This document shows, in pieces, positions 12,489 through 24,645 of a stretch of DNA of 64,000 nucleotides. The DNA comes from Squalus acanthias (Eukaryota). Position 1 is the stretch's first letter, and each line of letters begins with the position of its first letter. Location of the stretch: assembly GCA_030390025.1 (NCBI GenBank), contig CM059431.1, positions 107,510,001 to 107,574,000 of the forward strand, written 5' to 3'. The notes beneath the pieces are model-generated. The model made no database searches, had not been told where the DNA came from, and saw nothing but the letters and a program-made list of their open reading frames with translations. The position numbers and the translations under genes were made by a program.

Positions 12489-12712
12489 TGCTGTGTCTTT
12501 GATGTAATGCCTCCCTGACGGATTGTATCTCTGCAGACACATTGTTCTCTGTCTATATATACTTTGTAACCGATTTGTATTCCCTCACTGTACCTGACGA
12601 AGGAGCAGAGCTCCGAAAGCTCGTAATTTCAAATAAAACTGTTGGACTATAACCTGGTGTTGTGCGACTTCTCATTTTTCTCCACCCCAGTCCAACACCG
12701 GCATCTCCACAT
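12489..12712 (+). mobile_element. Penelope-like element 3' terminus (family P1)
   Basis: 13-bp TSD cttgaatatactc (12476-12488 / 12713-12725), hammerhead core and AATAAA. A second copy lies at 16798-16994. Confidence 0.75.
12591..12625 (+). ncRNA. Minimal type I hammerhead ribozyme motif
   Basis: uac-CUGACGA-a-[ggagc aga gcucc]-GAAA-gc-UC-gua: intact catalytic core, 5-bp stem II, palindromic AGCU stem III, 3-bp stem I. Confidence 0.6.
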
Positions 12713-12845
12713 CTTGAATATACTCAACGACTCAGCATTCACAGCTCTTTCGGGCAGAGAATTCCAAAGATTCTCAACCCTCTGAGTGAAGAAATTCCTC
12801 CTCATCTCAGTCTTAAATGGCCGACCCCTTATCCTGAGACTATTT

Positions 12846-13620
12846 CAGTGCTAGCATTTTTACGAACCAATTTTTCACGTACTTATTAATCCTGATCAGA
12901 CAGATTACCCAGCAAAAACTGGCATTCAGCAGACAGCATATGCATGTTCCTAACATTCCAAAGGATAATCTCTCCTTATCTATTTGAGCAGGTACTTTTT
13001 ATAGCTTGGCTTTATTCATTTTCATTTTTGCAAGATGTTTATTAAATGGTTTGTGTTCCTTTAATTTTACCCAATGCCGATAGTTAAAAATAATGCTGAT
13101 TCGTTTCTTATATGACATGCTAGGAGTAGAAGGCAAGGATGCCCTCTTATTTGACATGTTGTTCCTCCTTCATGATAATACTTTAGCAAAGGTTTCATGC
13201 ACCACCACTGACGTGGATTTTGTGTGGATGGCTAACGACATAAAATATCTGCATGGTGTTGACATTCCGCTTTATATGTCAAAGCTTTTAGTTTTCTTGG
13301 CCAACCTGCCTACAGTGAGTAATGACTATAGTCAATTCGCTGCCTACAAGATTAACCTTGAAAAATCAGACGCTACGCCTATTAATTCCTTTATGTCTGA
13401 CAGCATGTGCTCTGGCTCCCTCTTCCAGTGGGCTAATAGAGGCTTTAAATATCTTGGAGTAAACATCGCATAGCATATGACAGGTTATATCGGGCTAACC
13501 AGCTCCCCCATCCTTTCCTAAAGAGCAGCTATGATAACATTAGTAGATAGACACATCGTTTATTGTCTTGGATGATGAGTTGCTCTGATGAATATTCTGC
13601 AAAACTGTTTATAAATACCA
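12846..13620 (+). mobile_element. Old L1/Tx1-like RT fragment
   Basis: LINPDQT motif near 12882, and YSQFAAYKINLEKSDA...FQWANRGFKYLGVNI (late RT domains of L1). Confidence 0.75.
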
Positions 13621-14074
13621 GTACCATGTAATGTTATATGTGTTATGGTTGCTAAAATGCGTCAATTCTCTATTCTTAGAACTGATATCTATCAAAATAT
13701 AGCCTTCTGAGTCACTATGAATTCCCAATGTAACGTGCTGTGGTTAAAGCTCAATGTCTTCTCCCTCATGAACCTTCTCAGATCTTACGTACTCTACTTT
13801 CCTCTCCCCGCTGCTTGGGATGAGAGGAGCTGGAATTCCACTTACCCACAGCTCAGCCCCTGAGGCTCATTGCAATAACTTGTGGATCATCTGTGGAAAT
13901 CATTGCTTGTCATTTTAATCCACTAGGTATTATGACTGCTTCCTATTGGACCAATGTGTCGGGTTTGGGTCAGATGAAGCGGAGTGGGAGGAGGCTCGCC
14001 TGGAGCATAAACACCAACATGGACCAGTTGGGCTGAATGCCCTGTTTCTGTGCTCTAAATTCCATGTAATGTAC

Positions 14075-14455
14075 TTATCTCCTACATTGCAACGGTGACT
14101 ACACGTCAAAAAATACTTAATTCGTCTTTCGGATGAGACGATAAACCGAGGCCCCCGTCTGCACTCTGGTGGACGTAAAAGATCCCACGGCACTATTTTG
14201 AAGAAGAGCAGGGGAGTTATCCCCGGTGTTCTGGGCCAATATTTATCTCTCAATCAACATCACAAAAAACAGATTATCTGGTCATTATCACATTGCTGTT
14301 TGTGGGAGCTTGCTGTGCGCAAATTAGCTGCTGCATTTCCCACATTGCAACAGTGACTCCACTTCGAAATTACTTCATTTGCTGTAAATCGCTTTGAGAT
14401 GTCCGGTGGTTGTGAAAGGCGCTATATAAATGCAAGTCTTTCTTTCTTTCTTTCG
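14075..14455 (+). mobile_element. DeuSINE, 5'-truncated
   Basis: Deu core gatgagacgataaaccgaggcccc...gatcccacggcactattttgaagaagagcagggg, then tail and (tctt)n. Confidence 0.85.
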
Positions 14456-14565
14456 CTTTAATCATTTTTTATATATATAATTCTGTATTTTTAGGTTTTA
14501 CAGTTTATGACATCTGACTTTTAAGAGTTAAGTAAACCGTACAGTAAGAGAAGTATTTTTATTCA

Positions 14566-15041
14566 AGGATGGCAGGAATGACGTATGAAGAGAGATTGGG
14601 TCGATTGGGCTTGTATTCACTAGAGTTTAGAAGAATGAGAGGGGATCTCATTGAAACTTATAAAATTCTAACAGGACTAGACAGACTAGATGCAGGAAGG
14701 ATCTTCCCGATGGCGGGGGAGTCCAGAATCTGGGGTCACAGTCTAAGGATAAGGGGTAAGCCATTTAGGACTGAGATGAGGAGGAATTTCTTCACCCAGA
14801 GAGTGGTGAACCTGTGGAATTCTCTACCACAGAAGGCAGTTGAGGCCAATTCATTAAATATATTCAAGAAGGAGTTAGATATATTACTTAAGGCTAAAGG
14901 GATCAAGGGATATGGGGAGAAAGCAGGGACAGGGTACTGAATTTGGATGATCAGCCATGATCTCATTAAATGGCGGAACAGGCTCGAGGGGCCGAATGGC
15001 CTACTTCTGCTCCTATCTTCTATGTTTCTATGTTTCTATGT
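14566..15041 (+). mobile_element. CR1 3' fragment
   Basis: ORF YEERLGRLGLYSLEFRRMRGDLIETYKI...FFTQRVVNLWNSLP and a (ttctatgt)n tail. Another CR1 3' piece follows at about 15130-15350. Confidence 0.92.
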
Positions 15042-15819
15042 CTAATAAGCAAGTATCTTAGTTTTCACCTGTGTGCTTTTTGCATTATGTTTCAAATTTC
15101 ATCTCTACAGAATGCTGGAAATTAGAAACTTAGAAATCAGGAAGCAGTTTTCACACAAATGCTATTGGAAATCTGGAACTTTCTTCCCCAGAGGGCTGGG
15201 ATCCATTGAAATTTTCAAGACTAAGATTGATAGATTGTTGTTTGGGTAAGGGTATCAAGGGATATGGCGTTGAGGTACAGATCAGCCATGATCTAATTGA
15301 ATGGCGGAACGGGCTCGAAGGGTTGAATGGCCTCCCCCTGTTCCTATCACATAGGGGAATCAAACCAAACAGCATACAAAAGAAAAAGGGAAAAGAACAA
15401 GAAAGCAATTAACCTTCTCACAGAACAGGAAAGGAAACAAGAAGGGATTTAAAAAAAAACAAAGAAATTAAGTAAAAATCATGTCCACCACCGGACAGAT
15501 AGCAAAAAGGAGAAATTAATAATTATTTTAATCAAGAGATAGCAGAACTGTGACCAGCTAGCTTAGAGATTTTGAAACAGAGGGTAAACAAAGAAGAAAA
15601 ATCGGAGAAGATAGATAACATCATGAAATTATACACATGACTTGGTTCCTATAATTACACATGGCATTACAAAGTCAGTGTAACATTGTTGATGAAATCA
15701 CAGTAGTCTTCATGCTATGAAATCTAGTCATTCCTGTTTCTTGAAACTTTATAGGAATCCTTATAGAAATATCCAAAATGAAAATTGGATTTCCAAATAA
15801 TGAATTGAAGTTAAGAAGC

Positions 15820-16095
15820 AAAAAAGAAAGACTTGCATTTATATAGCGCCTTTCATGACCCCAGGACGTCCCAAAGCGCTTTACAGCCAATGAAGTACTT
15901 TTTGAAGTGTAGTCACTGTTGTGATGTAGGAAAAGCGGCAGCCAATTTGCGCACAGCAAGCTCCCACAAACAGTAATGTGATAAATGATCAGATAATCTG
16001 TTTCAGTGATGTTGGTTGAGCAATAAATATTGGCCAGGACACCGGGGAGAACTCCCCTGCACTTCTTTGAACTAGTGCCGTGGGATCTTTTACGT
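15820..16095 (-). mobile_element. DeuSINE 3' half
   Basis: Reverse complement of the SINE tail and core seen at 5088. Confidence 0.85.
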
Positions 16096-16797
16096 TGTAT
16101 TACAAATGAATATGATTACATCACTTCGTCACCACTGCAATAATTGAAACCATTTGAGATGAAACCTGTGTGAAATTGAGTTGCAATCCTGAAATGACCT
16201 GAACTGTTTTTGTCCCATTTCAGACAACTGGTTCTTTTCCTTTGAAACAAAAACAGGGTAGAAATCCCTTTGCTTCCCGCCAAGTTTTCATGCAGGAAAT
16301 CAGTCATCAATCTCACATCTTCTCGCTCTTCCCTTGGAGAACAGTGAAGTAGTGGAAGGATTTGCAGGCTGATCGGCCACGACAGGAATGCTCCTTCCAT
16401 GGCCATAACCATCTTGATACCAGCCAATAGGGTGGTTAGTCCTAGACAGTGGGAGGGTTTTATGGGCTCCCACAACCTATACGTTGAGGAGAGCCACCCA
16501 CACCCACGAACATCCCGCTGGATGTCAACCCAGAATTCAGAGCCGGAGCTTTGGTCTCCACTCGCCGGGACTGTCTGGAGTGGGGTTCGAACCCTGCACC
16601 ATTCTGACTGAGAGGCAGGAATCCAATCACTGATCCAAAGGCTCACTCCGGGAAATCAGTGCTGGACTTGCAAATTTCACAGTTGGACGTACCACACAGG
16701 GAGTGCACCCTAAAAGTGGCCTCTGCAATATTGGTAAATGTGGACATTAGGGTCCCTGGTGGCCGCCTGAAATGAATGTTGGCCTCATTAAAATATG

Positions 16798-16994
16798 AGA
16801 AGTCGCACAACACCAGGGTATAGTCCAACAGTTTTATTTGAAATTACGAGCTTTCGGAGCCTCACTGTACCTGACGAAGGAGCAGAGCTCCAAAAGCTCG
16901 TAATTTCAAATAAAACTGTTGGACTATAACCTGGTGTTGTGCGACTTCTCATTTTTGTCCACCCCAGTCCAACACCGGCATCTCCGCATCATGA
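16798..16994 (+). mobile_element. Penelope-like terminus (family P1) with an inverted 5' duplication
   Basis: TSD tcattaaaatatg (16785-16797 / 16995-17007). 16796-16860 is the reverse complement of about 16886-16951. It sits inside a degraded GC-rich MITE-like stretch (about 16664-17510). Confidence 0.78.
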
Positions 16995-17531
16995 TCATTA
17001 AAATATGTTACTAGGAACCCTGCGCTTGAATTACGAAATTCAAGGAGCCTTTCATTCACACTTTCTTATACCTGCCAAGAAATACATGGCGCCAACAATC
17101 GGGAAGCCTGAAGCAGCGCTGCTTAAAGGGGCCCCTACCTCTATTAAGATATATATCGGGCACGTCGCCCCCATGATCTCCAGTATCGAGTGGGGAGAGG
17201 ACCTGAATCGGCGCTCTCCCTCCTCCTGTTCTCGCCTCCTCTCTATTATTGTCCACCAGCTTTGCCCGCAGGAAAGAAGGGAGCGTGTTAGTGGTCACCT
17301 GGTGAAATGGTTTGAGGACATGCACGTCAAGGTCGAATAGTCGGGCAGCTTGGTTAAGGCAATCAATCTCTCTGGGATCAATTGCTGCTCGTTTCTGCTG
17401 TGATGGGGCCATTACTCATCCAGCAGACGTAGATCCCACTGGGCCTATCAGTGTCACAGTAGGCAGAATTCCCAGGGATACCCACCAACACGCCCTCAAA
17501 TTCCTAGGGCATCGTTATGGGGGAAAGCAGA

Positions 17532-18160
17532 AGAACATAAGAACATAAGACGTAGGAGCAGGAGTAGGTCATTCGGCCCCTCGAGCGTGCTCCGCCATTC
17601 AATACGATCATGGCTGATCTGATCTTGGCCTCAACTCCACTTCCCTGCCCGCTCCCCATAACCCTTGACTCCCTTACCATTCAAAAATCTGTCTATCTCC
17701 ACCTTCAATATAGTCAATGACCCAGCCTCCACAGCTCTCTGGGGAAGAGAATTCCAAAGATTCACGACCCTCTAAGAGAAGAAATTCCTCCTAATTTTCG
17801 TTTTAAATGGGTGGCCCCCTAGTTCTAGATTCCCCCACGAGGGGAAACATCCTCTCAGCATCTACCCTGTCAAGCCCCCTCAGAATCTTATATGTTTCAA
17901 TAAGATCCCCTCTCATTCTTCTGAACGCCAATGAGCATACACCCAACCTGCTCAACCTTTCTTCATAAGACAAACCTTTCAACTCAGGAATCAACCTCGT
18001 GAACCTTCTCTGAACTGCCTCCAATGCAAGTATATCCTTCCTTAAATAAGGAGACCAAAACTGTACGCAGTACTCCAGGTGTGGTCTCACCTACACCCTG
18101 TACAGTTGTAACAGGACTTCCCTACTTTTATACTCCATTCCCTTTGCAATAAAGGCCAAT
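17532..18160 (-). mobile_element. CR1 3' fragment
   Basis: [34 protein letters not shown] and a (taagaaca)n tail. Confidence 0.92.
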
Positions 18161-19367
18161 TAGTCCCCCGGAGCACAATCTCTTGGAAGGAGAGCTGGGT
18201 TCCATCCCAAATGTTGTCCGCCAGCTGAAATTGTGCCTCAGTTATGCCCAACGGCCCCCCCACCCCCCGCCCCCCAACCCCCATCACACCATGTTTAAAC
18301 TATTGTATCTAAGAGGGTTTTTGATATCCTATATTCAGTGGTTTTCAAGCCAATTCCAGAATCCTAGAACAATATGGCTGTGTGGATTCTTAAAACCCAC
18401 AGAAAATGTATTCGTCACACTGACCTCATCAACATTGGTTACTTCCCTTCCTAGATCTATTATGCCCTGGAGAATCCAATTCAATGGGGATGGTTTAGCA
18501 GGGAAGAGGATTTTTTGGATGTTTTTCACTAGTGACCTTTCTGAATGGCGTTTGTAGAATCTCTGCTGCAGTCGGTTCACGTTTCTATCAATACTGTGTT
18601 GCACAGTGTTATGTCAGTTCGCTTGATCAGGTGCCATGAAAATGTAGTTTGATCCAATGATAATGTTCAATGACGTTATAACATTTTGTGATTTATTTGG
18701 GACTATGAGCCCCGATTTTGTGAGACTGGAAAAATCTGCGCTCTGAGTGATGACTGCCTATTTTTGCAAGGTCAGCTCTTCTGAATAATTAACATACGGT
18801 CCGAGAAAAACGTTGCCTTTCTGCCTTCTGCTAGCCGAATGCGGGATGCGCCTAATCTAGCAGCAGCTCAAATTTAGAGGGATGTGCGGACTTAAAGGTA
18901 AGTGGCTGCACACGGGAGCCAATATTGTTTCAGCCTTTAAGAAGCTGCATAAAGCTCTGTCAAGGCTAAATATTTGTGAACTTTGCCTCGGACAACTGAC
19001 TGACTGATTTAGGCATATGTCACTCAGGCTGGCATAAAACTTTAATGCAGATCCATGGGAAGAGTAGTCCCTGTGGTACAAGTTGCCTGCAAATTGGACT
19101 TCAATTGGTGACAGTTTTGTAGCAGCCTCCTTTGTGTACAGGAGGTGCCAAGGACAAGCCTCCTCTGAAATTTTCAGGAAGGACTGTCTGGCACATGGTG
19201 TCAGCTTAGGTGTGTGGGAACTTGCCAGAGGCTTCACTGCCAACAACTACCAGCATTATTGGAAGCTTGAACATTATGAAATTTATCCCTTGATGATTTC
19301 ATGAATTTCAGGCCTGCTGTCTGAACTGACCCAAAAATATTTACATGCATTTGCCTCAGGCACCTAC

Positions 19368-22300
19368 ACTTGTCCTCTCATGGACATGTCCTCTCATGAA
19401 CTTCTCCTCTCGTGAACTTCTCCTCTCATGAACGTGTCCTCTCCTGAACTTGTCTCTCTCCTGAACTTGTCCTCTCCTGAACTTGTCCTCTCCTGAACTT
19501 CTCCTCTCCTAAACTTGTCCTCTCCTGAACTTGTCCTCTCCTGAACTTGTCCTCTCGTGAACTTGTCCTCTCCTGAACTTGTCCTCTCCTGAACTTGTCC
19601 TCTCCTAAACTTGTCCTCTCCTGAACTTGTCCTCTCCTGAACTTGTCTTCTCGTGAACATGTCCTCTCCTGAACTTGTCCTCTCCTGAACTTTTCCTCTC
19701 CTGAAGTTGTCCTCTCCTGAACTTGTCCTCTCCTGAACTTGTCTTCTCCTGAACTTGTCCTCTCCTAAACTTGTCCTCTCCTAAACTTGTCCTCTCCTGA
19801 ACTTGTCTTCTCGTGAACTTGTCCTCTCCTGAACTTGTCCTCTCGTGAACTTGTCCACTCCTGAACTTGTCCTCTCCTGAACTTTTCCGCTCCTGAACTT
19901 GTCTTCTCCTGAACTTGTCCTCTCCTGAACTTGTCCTCTCGTGAACTTGTCCTCTCCTGAACTTGTCCTCTCCTGATATTGTCCTCTCCTGAACTTGTCC
20001 TCTCCTGAACTTGTCCTCTCCTGAACTTGTCCTCTCCTGAACTTGTCTTCTCCTGAACTTGTCCTCTCCTGAACTTGTCTTCTCCTGAACTTGTCCTCTC
20101 CTGAACTTGTCCTCTCCTGAACTTGTCCTCTCCTGATCTTGTCCTCTCCTGAACTTGTCCTCTCCTGAACTTGTCCTCTCCTGAACTTGTCCTCTCCTGA
20201 ACTTGTCCTCTCGTGAACTTGTCCTCTCGTGAACTTGTCCTCTCCTGAACTTGTCCTCTCCTGAACTTGTCCTCTCATGAACATTTTCCTCCCGTGAACT
20301 TTTCCTCTCATGAACTTGTCCTCTCGTGATCTTGTCCTCTCATGATCTTGTCCTCTCATGAACATTTTCATCTCGTTAACTTTTCCTCTCATGAACTTGT
20401 CCTCTCGTGATCTTGTCCTCTCCTGAACTTGTCCTCTCATGAACTTGTTCTCTCGTGAACTTGTCCCTCTCCTGAACTTGTCCTCTCCTGAACTTGTCCC
20501 TCTCATGAACTTGTCCTCTCCTGAACTTGTCCTCTCCTGAACTTGTCCTCTCTTGAACTTATCCTCTCCTGAATTTGTCCCTCTCGTGAACTTGTCCTCT
20601 CCTGAAATTGTCCTCTCATGAACTTGTCCTCTTGTGATCTTGTCCTCTCCTGAACTTGTCCTCTCGTGATCTTGTCCTCTCCTGAACTTGTCCTCCCCTG
20701 AACGTGTCCTCTCCTGAACTTGTCCTCTCGTGAACTTGTCCTCTCGTGAACTTGTCCTCTCCTGAACTTGTCCTCTCCTGGACTTGTCCTCTCCTGAACT
20801 TGTCTTCTCATGAACTTGTCCTCTCGTGATCTTGTCCTCTCCTGTACTGGTCCTCTCCTGAACTTGTCCTCTCCTGAACTTGTCCTCTCCTGAACTTGTC
20901 CTCTCCTGAAATTGTCCTCTCATGAACTTGTCCTCTTGTGATCTTGTCCTCTCCTGAACTTGTCCTCTCGTGATCTTGTCCTCTCCTGAACTTGTCCTCT
21001 CCTGAACGTGTCCTCTCCTGAACGTGTCCTCTCCTGAACTTGTCCTCTCGTGAACTTGTCCACTCGTGAACTTGTCCTCTCCTGAACTTGTCCTCTCGTG
21101 AACTTGTCCTCTCATGATCTTGTCCTCTCATGAACATTTTCCTCCCGTGAACTTTTCCTCTCATGAATTTGTCCTCTCGTGATCTTGTCCTCTCATGATC
21201 TTGTCCTCTCATGATCATTTTCCTCCCGTGAACTTTTCCTCTCATGAACTTGTCCTCTCGTGATCTTGTCCTCTCCTGAACTTGTCCTCTCCTGAACTTG
21301 TCCTCTCCTGAACTTGTCCTCTCATGATCTTGTCCTCTCATGATCATTTTCCTCCCGTGAACTTTTCCTCTCATGAACTTGTCCTCTCGTGATCTTGTCC
21401 TCTCATGATCTTGTCCTCTCATGAACATTTTCCTCTCGTGAACTTGTCCTCTCCTGAACTTGTCCCTCTCATGAACTTGTCCTCTCCTGAACTTGTCCTC
21501 TCCTGAACTTGTCCTCTCCTGAACTTGACCTCTCCTTAACTTTTCCTCTCCTGAACTTGTCCCTCTCGTGAACTTGTCCTCTCCTGAAATTGTCCTCTCA
21601 TGAACTTGTCCTCTTGTGATCTTGTCCTCTCCTGAACTTGTCCTCTCGTGATCTTGTCCTCTCCTGAACTTGTCCTCTCCTGAACTTGTCCTCTCGTGAA
21701 CTTGTCCTCTCGTGAACTTGTCCTCTCCTGAACTTGTCCTCTCCTGAACTTGTCCTCTCCTGAACTTGTCTTCTCATGAACTTGTCCTCTCGTGATCTTG
21801 TCCTCTCCTGAACTGGTCCTCTCCTGAACTTGTCCTCTCCTGAACTTGTCCTCTCCTGAACTTGTCCTCTCCTGAAATTGTCCTCTCATGAACTTGTCCT
21901 CTTTTGATCTTGTCCTCTCCTGAACTTGTCCTCTCGTGATCTTGTCCTCTCCTGAACTTGTCCTCTCCTGAACGTGTCCTCTCCTGAACTTGTCCTCTCG
22001 TGAACTTGTCCTCTCGTGAAATTGTCCTCTCCTGAACTTGTCCTCTCGTGAACTTGTCCTCTCATGATCCTGTCCTCTCATGAACATTTTCCTCCCGTGA
22101 ACTTTTCCTCTCATGAATTTGTCCTCTCGTGATCTTGTCCTCTCATGATCTTGTCCTCTCATGAACATTTTCCTCTCGTGAACTTTTCCTCTCATGAACT
22201 TGTCCTCTCGTGATCTTGTCCTCACATGTACTTGTCCTCTCATGTACTTGTTTTCTCCTGAACTTGTCCTCTCATGATCTTGTCCTCTCATGTACTTGTT

Positions 22301-23100
22301 TTCTCCTGAACTTGTCCTCTCCTGATCTTGTCCTCACATGAACTTGTCCTCTCGTGATCTTGTCCTCTCATGAACTTGTCCTCACATGAACTTGTCCTCT
22401 CCTAAACTTGTCCTCTCCTGAACTTGTCTTCTCGTGAACTTGTCCTCTCCTGATCTTGTCCTCACATGAACTTGTCCTCACATGAACTTGTCCTCTCTTG
22501 ATCTTGTCCTCTCATGTACTTGTCCTCTCCTGATCTTGTCCTCACATGAACTTGTCCTCTGGTGATCTTGTCCTCTCATGTACTTGTCCTCTCCTGATCT
22601 TGTCCACTTGTGATCTTGTCCTCTCATGTACTTGTCTTCTCATGAACTTGTCCTCTCCTGATCTTGTCCACTTGTGATCTTGTCCTCTCATGTACTTGTC
22701 TTCTCATGAACTTGTCCTCTCCTGAACTTGTCCTCTCATTAACTTGTCCTCTGGTGATCTTGTCCTCTCATGATCTTGTCCTCTCATGAACTTGTCCTCT
22801 CATGAACTTGTCCTCTCCTGAACTTGTCCTCTCCTGAACTTGTCCTCATGAACTTGTCCTCTCCTGAACTTGTCCTCTCCTGAACTTGTCCTCTCCTGAA
22901 CTTGTCCTCTCCTGAACTTGTCCTCTCATGAACTTGTCCTCTCATGAACTTGTCCTCTCCTGATCTTGTCCTCTCGTGATCTTTTCCTCTCATGAACTTG
23001 TCCTCTCCTTATCTTCTCCTCTCGTGAACTTGTCCTCTCATGAACTTGTCCTCTCCTGAACTTGTCCTCTCATGGACCTGTTTCTCTCGTAAACTTGCCT
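19368..23100. repeat. Tandem satellite, 16-bp unit CTGAACTTGTCCTCTC, about 230 copies
   Basis: Directly visible. Variants ctcg/ctca/caca and tgatct/tgtact, degenerate edges, and an internal ~0.95-0.98-kb higher-order duplication. Confidence 0.98.
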
Positions 23101-24254
23101 TCCTCAACTAGGTTATGCTGCGCTATCTGAACCCCCAAAGGAGGTCTTGCGCTCCCCACTTTGTTGGATTGCAGATGCAAACAATGATGCTGTGGAAAAG
23201 TATTTAAAAAATAATTTAAAACAAGGGGTGCCTGCAGGAACAAAAACTAAAGAGCAAAATATAACCAAATATTACTGAAGATTGAAAAAAATCGCAGGTT
23301 TCCAATCATGTTTTGTTACTGTAAGCTACCTTCAGAATCCAACCTCTGCAGGCCAGAATATAGGATTACTCAGTGCCTCTTTCACCTGAGCAAGCTGAGT
23401 GCTGCGGCTATAGGAAGTCAGAAAATTGTGAATTGTGGCTCGGAACCCACTCTCGTAACTTTCACGGTTGTAATGATGTTTGTGTTGGTGTGCAGCCTCC
23501 AGAAACATAGAAACATAGAAAAACAGGAGCAGGAGTAGGCCATTCGGCCCCTCGAGCCTGCTCTGCCATTCAATATGATCATGGCTGATGCTCTATCTCA
23601 ATACCATGTTCCCGCTCTCTTCCCATACCCCTTGATGTCCACATTGCATTAAAATGCAGCAGGCTGCACCTCGGGCGCATGGACCTAACTTTAAAATCTC
23701 CTCTCATTTCTAGCAGGGCTCCATGACAATAGCAGACTCTCGTACAATTGGCCTTATGATTTTTACAGGTCAATCAAAATGCCCCAAAACTTCTATGTGC
23801 GCCAGTGATGATTTTTTTGCTGCTGAATTTAGATTCTCCAGAGCATTATAATTAAACAGTATTTAAGTGGTAATTTTCTGAGGTTGCGCTCCAGGTCTGA
23901 TGGGCCGTGTGAAGTTGGAAAATTACCCCTTTAGTGTAGACGCAAGGCTTCATGGCTGTCAAATTTTGCAAATGAATCCCCCCACAAATTTAACAAGGAC
24001 TCAACAAATTCAGGATGTTGCTGAAGTCTTTCAACCTTTAATAGTACTCATCCAAAATGAGAAACACCAGAGCAGCAGAGAGAATGAAATACCGTACTGT
24101 TGCTCCTGCAGTCTCCAACACTTTCAGAATTTTTGCTTCATATCCAGTAACGATTGGCCTGACGAACCTTGCCCACTGCTTCAGCATTATTGGCCAAATT
24201 CGTACTAGTCTCAGTAGCTTAGCTGTGTGATACAATATTAGTTTGTTGCAACCT

Positions 24255-24645
24255 AGGGGTACGGTAGCATACTGAACTAGTAATCCTAATGGAGTAATGA
24301 TCCAGTTAGATGTGAGTTCAAATCCCACCACAGCAGCTGGGGAACTTAAGTTCAGTTACATTAGATGAATCTGGAATAAAAAGCTAGTGTCAGGCATGGT
24401 GACCACAAAACTATCAGATTGTTTTAAAAACGCATCTGGTTCACTAATGTCCTTTAGGGAAGGAAATTTGCCGTCCTTACCTGGTCTGGCCCATATGTGA
24501 CTCCAGACCCACAGCAATGTGGTTGACTCTTAACTGCCCTCTGAAATGGCAGCTCATCAGCACCTTCTCAAGGGGCAATTAGGGATGGGCAATAAATGCT
24601 GGCCTTGCCAGCGACGTCCACATCCCAGGAACAAATAAAAAATAA
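24255..24645 (+). mobile_element. tRNA-derived SINE (third family)
   Basis: B-box gagttcaaatccc, core ctggttcactaatgtcctttagggaaggaa, and LINE-like tail gggatgggcaataaatgctggcc...aaataaaaa. Confidence 0.7.

Larger units (their letters stand above)
12308..12842 (-). mobile_element. CR1 3' end, interrupted by a Penelope terminus
   Basis: (taagaaca)n tail and CR1 3'UTR ggagcaggagtagg...gagcctgctccgccattcaat. A short sister tail lies at 11946-12040. Confidence 0.85.

Noticed and set aside
19394..22993. Long minus-strand ORFs (up to 444 aa) of RGQVQERTSSGEDKFR repeats
   Set aside because: The 16-mer consensus has no stop codon in any minus-strand frame, so ORFs arise automatically in all three frames. 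There is no promoter, splice or unique-domain support.
19368..23100. CRISPR-like array
   Set aside because: Units are contiguous with no unique spacers, the context is eukaryotic, and there are no cas genes.
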